This document shows, piece by piece, positions 49,042 through 58,358 of a stretch of DNA of 64,000 nt. The DNA comes from an uncultured Gammaproteobacteria bacterium (GTDB lineage: Bacteria > Pseudomonadota > Gammaproteobacteria > JAADHQ01). The translations under genes and the position numbers were made by a program. The notes beneath the pieces are model-generated. The model worked only from the letters and a program-made list of their open reading frames with translations, searched no databases and was not told the DNA's origin. The DNA is taken from positions 53,424 to 117,423 of the forward strand of contig CAWECS010000015.1 in NCBI GenBank assembly GCA_963807455.1. Direction: 5' to 3'. Each line of letters opens with the position of its first letter. The stretch's first letter is position 1.

Positions 49042-49078
49042 TAATTATTTCTCTTTATCTTGTAGCGTATAACAGTGT

Positions 49079-49126
49079 ATTAGACGAATGTTCGTATTTT
49101 CCCTTATTAGACGAACGTTCGTCTAA
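49079..49126. promoter_or_regulatory. Two copies of a palindromic box (candidate operator) at the head of the cassette array
   Basis: TTAGACGAACGTTCGTCTAA (49107..49126) is a perfect 20-bp palindrome. A degenerate copy, ATTAGACGAATGTTCGTA, lies at 49079..49096. Confidence 0.4.
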
Positions 49127-49457
49127 GTCTTTTTCAAATGTTGTTGTTTGTTACATTAGGATAGCAAGCTTATATTAGTATTTCACTTAAATTATTTGCT
49201 AAGGATCAGGAGATGAATGAGCTAGCAAAAGTTTGCCTGTGTGATAATTCTAATGAAAAAACAAAGAACTATGTCGTTATGTTGCATGTGACTCATTACT
49301 ATGTGAGGCATGTCGAGTTCTATATTAAATAATTTTCTACGCTTAGATTAAGCTTCTGAAGCAGACAAATATTTACATAAGCTGGGTAGAAAAAGCGGCA
49401 TGATGGGTTGATAGTTTACGAAGTTAGGCGATAAGCTTTTATTCGTTTTCTTAGACT

Positions 49458-49484
49458 AAAAATATCGCTCATCCTTGAGCGATA
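49458..49484 (-). terminator. Rho-independent terminator of prlC
   Basis: On the minus strand: stem TATCGCTCA / TGAGCGATA (49463..49471 and 49476..49484), a 4-nt loop, then TTTTT (49458..49462). Confidence 0.8.
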
Positions 49485-49494
49485 ACATAGTTAT

Positions 49495-51541
49495 TCAGGC
49501 TGCCAGGCCACTATGCCTTAGCAACGCATCAATCGTCGGTTCACGACCGCGAAAATCAATAAATAATTCCATCGGTTCGCGTGAGCCACCTTGTTCCAGT
49601 ATGGCCTGTAAAAAGCGTTGGCCGGTTTTTTTGTCGAAGATATGGGTTTCCTCGAATGCAGAAAAGGCATCGGCGGATAATACTTCGGCCCATTTGTAGC
49701 TGTAGTAGCCTGCGGCATAGCCACCGGCAAAGATATGTGAAAAGCTGTGCGGGAAGCGGTTGAATGAAGGCGGTTGCATGACGGCTACTTGTTTGCGAAC
49801 ATCGTCCAGTAGTTCGTAGACGTTCGCGCCTTTTTCGGGGTTGTATTCACGATGCATGCGGAAATCAAACAGTGAGAATTCCAGTTGTCTGACCATTTGC
49901 ATGGCGGACTGAAAATTCTTCGCGGCTTTCATGCGCTGGTAGAGGTCGTCGGGTATTTTCTCTCCGCTCTGGTAATGCGCGGCGAACAGGTCGAGCGCTT
50001 CACGTTCCCAGCACCAGTTTTCCATGAACTGGCTGGGTAATTCAACTGCATCCCAGGCCACGCCACTGATACCGGACACGCTGGTATAGTCAACCTTGGT
50101 GAGCATGTGATGCAGGCCATGGCCGAATTCATGAAACAGGGTTTCGACTTCACCATGTGTTAATAACGCGGGGTCATCACCGATAGGGGGTGTGAAGTTA
50201 CAGGTCAGGTAGGCGACGGGTGTTTGTGTTTTGCCGTCACGCACTTTACGGCTGATGCATTCATCCATCCAGGCGCCGCCACGCTTGTTGGCGCGTGCGA
50301 ACAGGTCGAGATAGAATTGACCGCGGATTGCATTGTTACTGTCGACAATTTCAAAAAACTGCACGTCATCATGCCAGCGGTCTATACCTTCATGGGGCTG
50401 GATTTTTATGCCATACAATTTTCCGACGACATCGAACATGCCGTTGATGACCTGGGGTGCCGGGAAGTAGGGTTTTAATTCTTCCTGCGAAATATTGTAT
50501 TCGGACTGCCGCAGTTTTTCGGAATAGTAGGCGATGTCCCAGGCTTCCAGTTCTGTTTGCCCGTGCCGGGTTTTTGCGAATTCGCGTATTTGTTGCAGTT
50601 CCTGTTTCGCTACGGGTAGTGAACGATCGGCGAGTTCTTGTAAAAATTCTACCACCTGGTCGGTCGATGCGGCCATTTTAGTGGCGATGGAACGCTCGGC
50701 GTAATTGTCGAAGCCGAGTAATTGCGCAACCTCATGTCTGAGTGCGAGTATTTCTTCCATGATCGGGGTATTGTCCCACTGGCCTGCATTGGGGCCTTCA
50801 TCGGATGCGCGCGTGACATAGGCTTCGTACATTTCCCGGCGTAACTCACGGTCATCTGCATAGGTGATCACCGGGTAGTAGGACGGAAATTCAAGGTTAA
50901 GCAGATAACCTTGTTTGCCTTCATTCTCGGCTTGCTGTTTGGTCAGGGCAATGGCAGATTCGGGTAAGCCTGATAGTGCGGCTTCATCATCAATCAGTTT
51001 GCTCCAGGCCTGGGTGGCATCGAGCACATTCTCGCCGAACTTGGAAGTTAGCTTGGATAGCTTTTGCATGATCTCGCGGTAACGCTGTTTGTTCTCGTCG
51101 GACAGATCGATACCGGATAAGCGAAAATCGCGCAGTTCGTTTTCTATGACTTTACGTTGGGCCGGTATCCAGCTGCTGATAGGATTCATGTTCAGAGATG
51201 TATTCATAGGCCTTGAACAGGGCCTCGTTCTGGCCCAGTTCGGTGTAGTACTCACTGAGTTGTTCCAGGCAGGCATTATAGGCATCACGTAGTTCATCGC
51301 TGTTGACCACCGAGTTCATGTGGCTGACCGGTGACCACACGGCACTCAATCTATCCATCATGTCTTCCAATGGCTCAACCAGGTTTTGCCAGCTAAAGTG
51401 TTCCGTTGACTCCAGTAGCAGTTTAAGTTTTTCGCGGTTTTCAGTTAATAGCTGACTGATAGCTGGTTCTATATGCTCAGGTTTAATCTGGCTGAAAGGA
51501 GGCAAGCCCTGAAAATGTAATAATGGATTGTTGCTACTCAT
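49495..51541 (-). pseudogene. prlC: Oligopeptidase A (M3 family) interrupted by one frameshift
   Basis: 51152..51541 encodes the PrlC N-terminus (MSSNNPLLHFQGLPPFSQIKPEHI...). 49495..51297 encodes the remainder, including HEFGHGLHH. The registers change near 51160..51172 (..SYQQLD / AQRKVIENELRDF..). Confidence 0.85.
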
Positions 51542-51615
51542 ATGACTAATGCAGTCCCGTATGGCTGGAAAAGTGTTAATCTATCATGGTTTATATAAAG
51601 TAAAAACGGATTCTT

Positions 51616-52602
51616 ATGCAGTCAGGTACCCACCCCTATGATTCACTTACCCCGGATATGGTTTTGGATGCGGTTGAATCCCTCGGTTATCTCTCCAATG
51701 GTAGACAATTGGCCTTGAATAGCTATGAAAACCGGGTTTATCAGGTTGGACTGGAAGAGGGTCAGCCGTTAATTGCTAAATTTTACCGCCCGCAACGCTG
51801 GAGTGATGAGGCGATACTGGAAGAGCATACCTTCACCCTGGAGCTGCAAGCACAGGAGTTGCCCGTGGTGGCGCCCATTGTTGATGAACAGGGGTGTTCA
51901 TTGCATGAATTTGAGGGTTTCCGGCTGGCTGTTTTTCCGCGTCGGGGCGGGCATTGGCCTGATCTGGACAAACCAGAGCACCTGGAGTGGATGGGGCGTT
52001 TTCTGGCCCAGATTCATAATCATGGTGCCAGTCAGCCCTTCCAGCACCGGCCTGCGATCACCATCGAAAATTACGGGGAGGAGTCGCTGGCCTATTTAAT
52101 GGAACAGGAGTTTATTCCTGCAGAATTGCAATTGGCTTACCGTAGCCTGGTCGAGGACGTATTAAAGCAGGTCAAACGTAACTATGAAATGGCAGGCCAG
52201 GTTGAGAATATCCGTCTGCATGGGGATTGTCATCCGGGTAATATTCTCTGGACCGACAGTGGGCCGCATTTTGTCGATTTTGATGATACCCGCAGCGGTC
52301 CTGCTATCCAGGATTTATGGATGCTGTTATCGGGCGAGCGTCAGGACATGGCGATGCAGTTATCCGATATTATGGTGGGCTATGAAATGTTCCGTGAATT
52401 CGATGTGCGCGAATTACACTTGATCGAAGCTCTGCGCACCTTGCGTATGTTGCATTATTCGGCGTGGCTGGCAAGGCGCTGGTCTGACCCGGCTTTTCCA
52501 CATAATTTTCCATGGTTTAATACTTCCCGTTACTGGGAAGATCAGATCTTGTCGCTACGCGAACAGGCGGCACGCCTCGATGAACCCATTTTAATGATAT
52601 AG
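51616..52602 (+). CDS. srkA: Stress-response serine/threonine kinase SrkA (YihE/RdoA)
   Basis: 328 aa; NSYENRVYQV, catalytic HGDCHPGNILW and FVDFDD. Confidence 0.85.
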   Translation: MQSGTHPYDSLTPDMVLDAVESLGYLSNGRQLALNSYENRVYQVGLEEGQPLIAKFYRPQRWSDEAILEEHTFTLELQAQELPVVAPIVDEQGCSLHEFEGFRLAVFPRRGGHWPDLDKPEHLEWMGRFLAQIHNHGASQPFQHRPAITIENYGEESLAYLMEQEFIPAELQLAYRSLVEDVLKQVKRNYEMAGQVENIRLHGDCHPGNILWTDSGPHFVDFDDTRSGPAIQDLWMLLSGERQDMAMQLSDIMVGYEMFREFDVRELHLIEALRTLRMLHYSAWLARRWSDPAFPHNFPWFNTSRYWEDQILSLREQAARLDEPILMI

Positions 52603-52847
52603 CTTGATTTCAGTCGCTGGGCCTGACCTGATAATTACCTATAAAATTAATAAGTTATTTAAATTTTCCATTAGTCCGGCCGTTACTACCACTGCGCCAA
52701 AATTGTGCCAGAGATATTCGCCATTGGCATAAAAACGTGATATTAATACCTTTAAGAATCTATTTGATTCAGGTATGCAGGCTTGTTTGTCACCATGCTG
52801 GTGGCGGATAAAATGCCATGAATAAAAAATTATAATAGAGGTAAGCC

Positions 52848-53159
52848 ATGCGATACGGCATTATGATTAATCTTGATTATGACAGTTATCCCTATGATGA
52901 TTGCCGTGATCTCTGGAATCAAATACGCAATAACATGTTTGAGGCCGGCTTTCGTGTGGAAGGCAGGTTGTTCACGATTGATGAATCACCGAAACAAGCT
53001 TGTGATCTGGCCAGAGCCGTGCTGGATAATATTAATCAGGATACTTTTCCGGAAAAAGATATCTATGATTATTTCAAGGAATTTTACGGCTATGATCATA
53101 CTGAAACGATCAATTTATTATTGCCTCCCGCTGAAGGGCTGGAGCTGCGGGAAGACTAG
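52848..53159 (+). CDS. Hypothetical small protein
   Basis: 103 aa with a GAGGT RBS upstream. The beta-alpha-beta start (YGIMINLDY..LWNQIRNNMFEAGFRVEG) is faintly VapD/Cas2-like but is not assignable. Confidence 0.4.
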   Translation: MRYGIMINLDYDSYPYDDCRDLWNQIRNNMFEAGFRVEGRLFTIDESPKQACDLARAVLDNINQDTFPEKDIYDYFKEFYGYDHTETINLLLPPAEGLELRED

Positions 53160-53195
53160 GCAGCTCTCCTTTCGATTGTAAAAAGTTTACCCCCT

Positions 53196-53840
53196 ATGAA
53201 TAAACCCCAGTTTATAGACCTGCCCGGCATTCGTGAACGCCAGTTAAAAAGACGTTATGGTAATCCTTTGTTCAGTGAAGAGCGTCAGCATGTTAGCGCC
53301 AGTGAATTGAAGGCAGAGCGTCAACATGATAAAGAAGAAGTTATTAACTTTGTTGAGTCCTTGCAATCATTATTGAAGGATGTTGGTCAGTTTTCTGCGC
53401 GTGAAGAAACCGACACTATATTGCAAACCAAAGAAAAAGCCGATCGTTTGTATGAACAATGCGTCGGGCTGGCGGGCGATCATGAACGTGAGCGCCAGGG
53501 TCTGCTAAAACTCAATGATGTGATTATGGGCGCCATTCGTGCAGCAGCTGGTCAGGACCCTTTGGCGATAGCCGAACTTGAAAAGGAGCAGCAGGCCAGA
53601 GAGATACATCTTGCCTTGCTGGAGTGCAGGCTGGTGGCTGATATTTTAAGGCCGGATGCAGCAATTGTAGAAAATGAATTACTGCCCAGCATATTGTCAG
53701 AAGATGAAGAAAGTATTCGTATGGCAATGACCTTGTTCAGCGGAGAGCAGCAGCAAATGCTGCTTGAGCAGGCCAGTGAACTAAAACAAACATTTGCAGC
53801 AACAAGGGAAGATGGATGCCGAGTTGCAAAAAAAGTTTGA
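53196..53840 (+). CDS. Hypothetical helical/coiled-coil protein
   Basis: 214 aa, no recognised motif. Confidence 0.4.
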   Translation: MNKPQFIDLPGIRERQLKRRYGNPLFSEERQHVSASELKAERQHDKEEVINFVESLQSLLKDVGQFSAREETDTILQTKEKADRLYEQCVGLAGDHERERQGLLKLNDVIMGAIRAAAGQDPLAIAELEKEQQAREIHLALLECRLVADILRPDAAIVENELLPSILSEDEESIRMAMTLFSGEQQQMLLEQASELKQTFAATREDGCRVAKKV

Positions 53841-54096
53841 TGCGCTTTCCGCCAATCTTCAGTAGATCCTCCGAAATCCTGGTCAACATATTATCGTGTC
53901 GATTGCTGACGCAATGTGAGTGTTTTTGTGTTTGTTTGTAGAGCATATGAAACGAGCATGGATAAGTAGTTGGAAAGATTGCCGCGCTCGGTTGCTACTA
54001 TATTTCATTATAATAGGTTCTTTGGGTGTGTGGTTTATTTTTTAATGGAATGCTCATTTTGCTCGCAATGACATTATTTTTTTACGCTCATTGCGA

Positions 54097-54316
54097 GTCT
54101 GACAGGCCATTCATATAATAATTAAATAGGCGGTCTAACAGGCCATTCAATATAATAATTAAATAGGCGGTCTAACAGGCCATTCATTATAATAATTAAA
54201 TAGGTGGTCTAACAGGCCATTCATTATAATAATTAAATAGGCGGTCTAACAGGCCATTCATTTCACTTTAATAGGAGTCTAACAGGCCATTCATTGCGAG
54301 TATAAATAAACGGTCG
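54097..54316. repeat. Tandem repeat, ~36-37 bp unit, about 5.5 copies
   Basis: The unit AGGCCATTCAT(T)ATAATAATTAAATAGGCGGTCTAAC starts at 54104, 54140, 54177, 54214, 54251 (33 bp, diverged) and 54284 (partial). It is bracketed by TCATTGCGAG at 54088..54097 and 54291..54300. Confidence 0.85.
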
Positions 54317-54401
54317 GTTTTATTGGTGCGGTGATCTCTTGTTTTTATGTCCAGCTTATTTGTAGAGAATTTTTACTCCTCACGGCAGGACAGCAAAATA
54401 C

Positions 54402-55313
54402 CTAAATCCAGTGGTACCAGAGCGGTAGAGTAAAGAAACTCAAAATGGTTGTCAGTGTCATGGCTGCGGCATAAACGCCGGTATTCAAGCCAAAGCGGTC
54501 ACATAGGACTATGCCCAGCGCCATGCTGGGTAATGCACCCTCTATCACTAATGCTCGTAGTGTTTCACCCGTAAGGCCTGTGACAGCAGCAACCTGCCAG
54601 ACGATCAAGGGCATAACAAATAGTTGAATAAGTGCCACGGGTATCACGGTAGGCAGGTTGCGCCATTCTTTCAGTCCTCTTGTTAATGCGAGTCCGGCAG
54701 CAAACAGCATTAATGGAATGACGGCATCACTCATCATTCCCAGTAAGCCATCAAGCCATGCTACGGGTTTTATTTTTAGCAGGTTCAAACTTACCGCCAG
54801 AGCGGCTGCCCATAACGGCACGACTTTAAGCAGGGATAGAACAGGATGAGTGGGTTGCGGGTTATTGCCATAGCGATTGGCGATGACAATGCCAACAGTC
54901 AATACCAGTGGCAAGCAGGCAAACATATCAAATTGTATGGCGATACTTCTGGCCCAGGGTCCAAACGTATTTTCAAGTAATGGTATGCCAAGGTAAGTAG
55001 CATTCGGGAATGTGGCCGCTAAAATCATCGCGCCTGCTATCGGCCGTTGACTGTCGCACATTCTGCATATGAGAGTCGCCAGTACCAGGCTGCCGAGTAT
55101 CCCACTGACAGCACTAATAGAAATTTTAAAGCTGGTGATATCCAGTTGCGCATGCCAGAGTATTTTTAAAACCAGTGCTGGTAGAAACACATAGTAAACT
55201 GTGTTGGTCAGCGCATTGCGAACAGTGACAATATCGAGTCCGGCCGGTTTGATAACGGACCAACCGACTCCCAGTCCCAGTAGTGCCAGTATTTGTATGA
55301 GTGCATCCGTCAT
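54402..55313 (-). CDS. AEC (auxin efflux carrier) family transporter
   Basis: 303 aa, about 10 TM, typical two-half AEC topology. Confidence 0.7.
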   Translation of the reverse strand: MTDALIQILALLGLGVGWSVIKPAGLDIVTVRNALTNTVYYVFLPALVLKILWHAQLDITSFKISISAVSGILGSLVLATLICRMCDSQRPIAGAMILAATFPNATYLGIPLLENTFGPWARSIAIQFDMFACLPLVLTVGIVIANRYGNNPQPTHPVLSLLKVVPLWAAALAVSLNLLKIKPVAWLDGLLGMMSDAVIPLMLFAAGLALTRGLKEWRNLPTVIPVALIQLFVMPLIVWQVAAVTGLTGETLRALVIEGALPSMALGIVLCDRFGLNTGVYAAAMTLTTILSFFTLPLWYHWI

Positions 55314-55342
55314 AATTTACGGCTTCGCTTAATGGTTATTAT

Positions 55343-55540
55343 TTAATAATGTGGAGGCGGCGTTTCTTCCGAGCTATGCGCAATGTTTGAATACTCCTTT
55401 AACTGATTACGGATGGCTTTCATATCCTGTTGCAGTTTGCGAATCAATTTTTCCTGTTCAAGTACAGTTTGTGTGAGTTCATCAATGGCAGCGTCCTGAT
55501 GAGTGATACGAATTTCGAGGTCGATGATCTTGTTTTCCAT
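55343..55540 (-). CDS. slyX: SlyX-family coiled-coil protein
   Basis: Start at MENKIIDLEIRITHQDAAIDELTQTV; ends PPPHY as in SlyX. Confidence 0.8.
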   Translation of the reverse strand: MENKIIDLEIRITHQDAAIDELTQTVLEQEKLIRKLQQDMKAIRNQLKEYSNIAHSSEETPPPHY

Positions 55541-55585
55541 GGTGTCTGTCCAGTCTTGGTTGCAGTGGCTTTTGTTCAGCATGGA

Positions 55586-56392
55586 TCAATGCTGCAAGTA
55601 GATATCATAACGGGTATTTTTGCTGCTGACGACTGTGTCGGGTTCTTTGTCGCACAGTGGGCTCGCCTTGGCCGGACGTTTAACGACGATGCGACGTACA
55701 CCTGTGCTCAATGCTCGTAATAATAATTGATCAGCATCTTCATCGCCTCCGGCGATATCATGAAAGTAACGCATTTCTTTTTTGACCAGGGCGGACTTGT
55801 CGCGAGGTGGATACATCGGATCCAGGTAGATGACATCGACAGGGTTTTGTTTGGTGATGGATTGCAAATAGTCATGCGCGTCCGCATGAATCAAAGACAT
55901 TCTTGCGGCGATAGCCGCAGTATCAGCATGATGCCGAGCACGGTTAATACCGTTATCGAGCAACTCCATAATCACCGGCTGGCGTTCAAGCAGGGTGACC
56001 TGGCAGCCCAGGCTGGCCAGCACAAATGCATCCCTGCCTAGTCCGCCGGTGATATCGAGGATGGACGGATTATGCCCCGGCCGCATGCCAACGGCTCGCG
56101 CCAGTGGCTGTTTGCGCCCGCCGCCGAATTGTCTGCGATGTGCTGCCTGACCGCTGGTAAAGTCAACCATTACTGGCCCGGGTGCCTTGTCGCCGGTTTT
56201 TTGTAAATAACAACAGTAACCGGGCGGATCCGGGTGAGGTTCCAGTATCAGGTAATAATCCACGTCATGACTCAACTGATCACTAATGGGAAGTGACAAT
56301 TGCTTCGCCAGGTATTGTAATTGTTCATGCAGTGCGTTGCTTGAACTATACAGTGCTATGTTGGCAGCATTTTTCATGCTATGCAAAAACAC
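55586..56392 (-). CDS. rsmJ: 16S rRNA (guanine1516-N2)-methyltransferase RsmJ (YhiQ)
   Basis: ILDITGGLGRDAFVLASLGCQVTLLERQPVI ... VIYLDPMYP pattern of the DUF548/RsmJ family. Confidence 0.8.
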   Translation of the reverse strand: MFLHSMKNAANIALYSSSNALHEQLQYLAKQLSLPISDQLSHDVDYYLILEPHPDPPGYCCYLQKTGDKAPGPVMVDFTSGQAAHRRQFGGGRKQPLARAVGMRPGHNPSILDITGGLGRDAFVLASLGCQVTLLERQPVIMELLDNGINRARHHADTAAIAARMSLIHADAHDYLQSITKQNPVDVIYLDPMYPPRDKSALVKKEMRYFHDIAGGDEDADQLLLRALSTGVRRIVVKRPAKASPLCDKEPDTVVSSKNTRYDIYLQH

Positions 56393-56559
56393 CGCAGGCC
56401 GCAGGCACTATTGGCAGCGGTAACAGAATAGAGCGGTGCTTGAATGCGATTGGCAGGATAACAGGCAATAACAGCGCTATAATGTTTATTGTGATCATTG
56501 TTCAGAGTGTGTTGAATCTTTGACGTAGATGCAAATTAATGATTTTACTTGAGGTGTGC

Positions 56560-57084
56560 ATGAGTATCCGTAGTTTTAATCAAAAGCGACCTGAGATCAA
56601 ATCATCGGCCTATGTCGACCCGAGTGCGGATGTTATCGGTGATGTGGTCATGGGTGAAGACTGTTCGGTGTGGCCGCAGGCTGTTATTCGAGCGGATGTG
56701 CATGGAATTCGCATTGGCGACAGAAGCAACATCCAGGATAATGCCGTGTTACATGTGACCCACGACAGTATTTACCAGCCGGGTGGCTTTGCGTTGCAGA
56801 TAGGTGATGATGTTACGGTGGGGCACGGGGCGATACTACATGGCTGTCAGATAGGCGATGGCTGCCTGATTGGCATGGGTAGTATTATTATGGATGGTGC
56901 CGTACTGGAACCCGGCATGATGTTGGCTGCCGGTAGTCTGGTCACACCTGGAAAACGACTTAGTGGAGCCTTTCTGTGGGTGGGTAGTCCGGCGCGGCAA
57001 TCTCGACGGCTGACCGATAAGGAACAAGAGTATCTGTTGTATTCAGCTGCCCATTACGTCAAATTGAAAAATCAGTATCTTTAA
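56560..57084 (+). CDS. Gamma-carbonic-anhydrase-like hexapeptide-repeat protein (YrdA/PaaY-like)
   Basis: Start at MSIRSFNQKRPEI. Left-handed beta-helix repeats with a conserved VIRADV..I.IG..SNIQDN.VLH. Confidence 0.8.
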   Translation: MSIRSFNQKRPEIKSSAYVDPSADVIGDVVMGEDCSVWPQAVIRADVHGIRIGDRSNIQDNAVLHVTHDSIYQPGGFALQIGDDVTVGHGAILHGCQIGDGCLIGMGSIIMDGAVLEPGMMLAAGSLVTPGKRLSGAFLWVGSPARQSRRLTDKEQEYLLYSAAHYVKLKNQYL

Positions 57085-57125
57085 GTGCATAATATGCAGC
57101 ATTAACCTACTACCAGGGAGATGGT

Positions 57126-57461
57126 ATGGAAATTTTTGTCGGCAATCTGCCCATGAAAACATCAGTATTGGAATTGAGAAAGTTAGTCGGGCGTCTGGGT
57201 AACGCGAGATACAAGGTTATTCAGCGGACCAACAAACTGGGGCGGTCTTATTGTTACGGGCATGTGATCATCAGTAATAGTAAACAAGGCGATGCCGTTA
57301 TTTCACGTCTCAATGGAATGAATTATCTAGGTAGTCAGTTGTATGTACGGCCTTTGTTTGACCGCAGTGAGTATAATGAGCGCCGCAGCTGGAAAAGTTA
57401 CCTGAACAACCGCCATGGTGTCAATCGCCGCAAGGCAGATCGCCGTATACATCATCATTGA
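57126..57461 (+). CDS. RRM-type RNA-binding protein with a basic tail
   Basis: IFVGNLP (RNP2-like) and YCYGHVI (RNP1-like position). Confidence 0.55.
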   Translation: MEIFVGNLPMKTSVLELRKLVGRLGNARYKVIQRTNKLGRSYCYGHVIISNSKQGDAVISRLNGMNYLGSQLYVRPLFDRSEYNERRSWKSYLNNRHGVNRRKADRRIHHH

Positions 57462-57512
57462 CGGCCATTTGCAGCCAATGTATCCCATCTGCATGTGCAG
57501 ATATTCAAGGGT

Positions 57513-58355
57513 TTAATTTTCGAACATTTTCTCGCGTAATAACGCAATCACTGGAGCAGTTTGCGGGCGTACATGACGCCAGATATAAAAGGACTCGGCA
57601 GCCTGTTCAACCAGCATGCCTAAACCGTCAATGCATTGTTTTGCACCCTGTTGTTGCGCCCATTGCAAGAATGCTGTGGCTTGTGCGGCATACATCATGT
57701 CGTAGACGCAGGTGCTGCTGCCGATGCAAGCCGCCGGCACGGGTGGTACTTCTCCGTGCAGGCTGGCGGCGGTGGCATTAATAATACAATCAAATGGCTG
57801 TTCAGGTATTTCATCGAATCCCACGCCTTTGATGGGTCCATAAGTCGAAAACAATTTAGCCAGTTGGTGTGCTTTGCTGGCGGTGCGATTGGCGATAATG
57901 AGACTGTCGGGTTTTTGTTCGAGCAGCGGGGCGATGACGCCACGAGCGGCGCCGCCTGCACCCAGTAGCAGTATGTTGCTGCCATGTAGTGAGATGTGAT
58001 GGTTTTGCATCAAGTCACGAACCAGACCGATGCCGTCAGTATTATCACCATACCATTGTCCATCCTTGTCATTCAGCGTATTCACGGCACCGGCGAGTTC
58101 AGCGCGTTGACTGCGTTGCTGTGCCAGTGACCAGGCCTGTTGCTTAAAGGGTACGGTTATATTCAGGCCGCGCCCGCCAGCTTGCTGAAAATCTTCAACG
58201 GCTTGATCAAAGCCATCTGTGTCAACCAGTATGGCTTCATATGTAATAGGCTCACCCGTTTGTTTGGCAAACAGGGTATGAATGTCGGGTGATTTGCTAT
58301 GTGCAATCGGGTTGCCCATTACAGCATAGCGATCTGGTGTCACTTGATGTGTCAT
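57513..58355 (-). CDS. aroE: Shikimate dehydrogenase
   Basis: YAVMGNPIAHSKSPDIH ... GLNITVPFK ... NTDGIG ... LLGAGGAARG. Confidence 0.9.
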   Translation of the reverse strand: MTHQVTPDRYAVMGNPIAHSKSPDIHTLFAKQTGEPITYEAILVDTDGFDQAVEDFQQAGGRGLNITVPFKQQAWSLAQQRSQRAELAGAVNTLNDKDGQWYGDNTDGIGLVRDLMQNHHISLHGSNILLLGAGGAARGVIAPLLEQKPDSLIIANRTASKAHQLAKLFSTYGPIKGVGFDEIPEQPFDCIINATAASLHGEVPPVPAACIGSSTCVYDMMYAAQATAFLQWAQQQGAKQCIDGLGMLVEQAAESFYIWRHVRPQTAPVIALLREKMFEN

Positions 58356-58358
58356 TGA

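Noticed and set aside
49127-49456. Remnant of an integron integrase gene or attI at the head of the array
   Set aside because: The region is AT-rich with stops in all frames, and I could see no tyrosine-recombinase-like peptide. The only small ORF (49215..49334, 39 codons) has no spaced RBS.
52873-53181. Alternative-frame 102-aa ORF overlapping 52848..53159
   Set aside because: The 52848 frame has a GAGGT RBS and a more protein-like composition. The alternative frame is Ile/Cys/Arg-rich.
54097-54316. Possible CRISPR array
   Set aside because: The repeat units are directly adjacent with no unique spacers, no cas genes are present, and the unit is AT-rich and non-palindromic. It is a plain tandem repeat.
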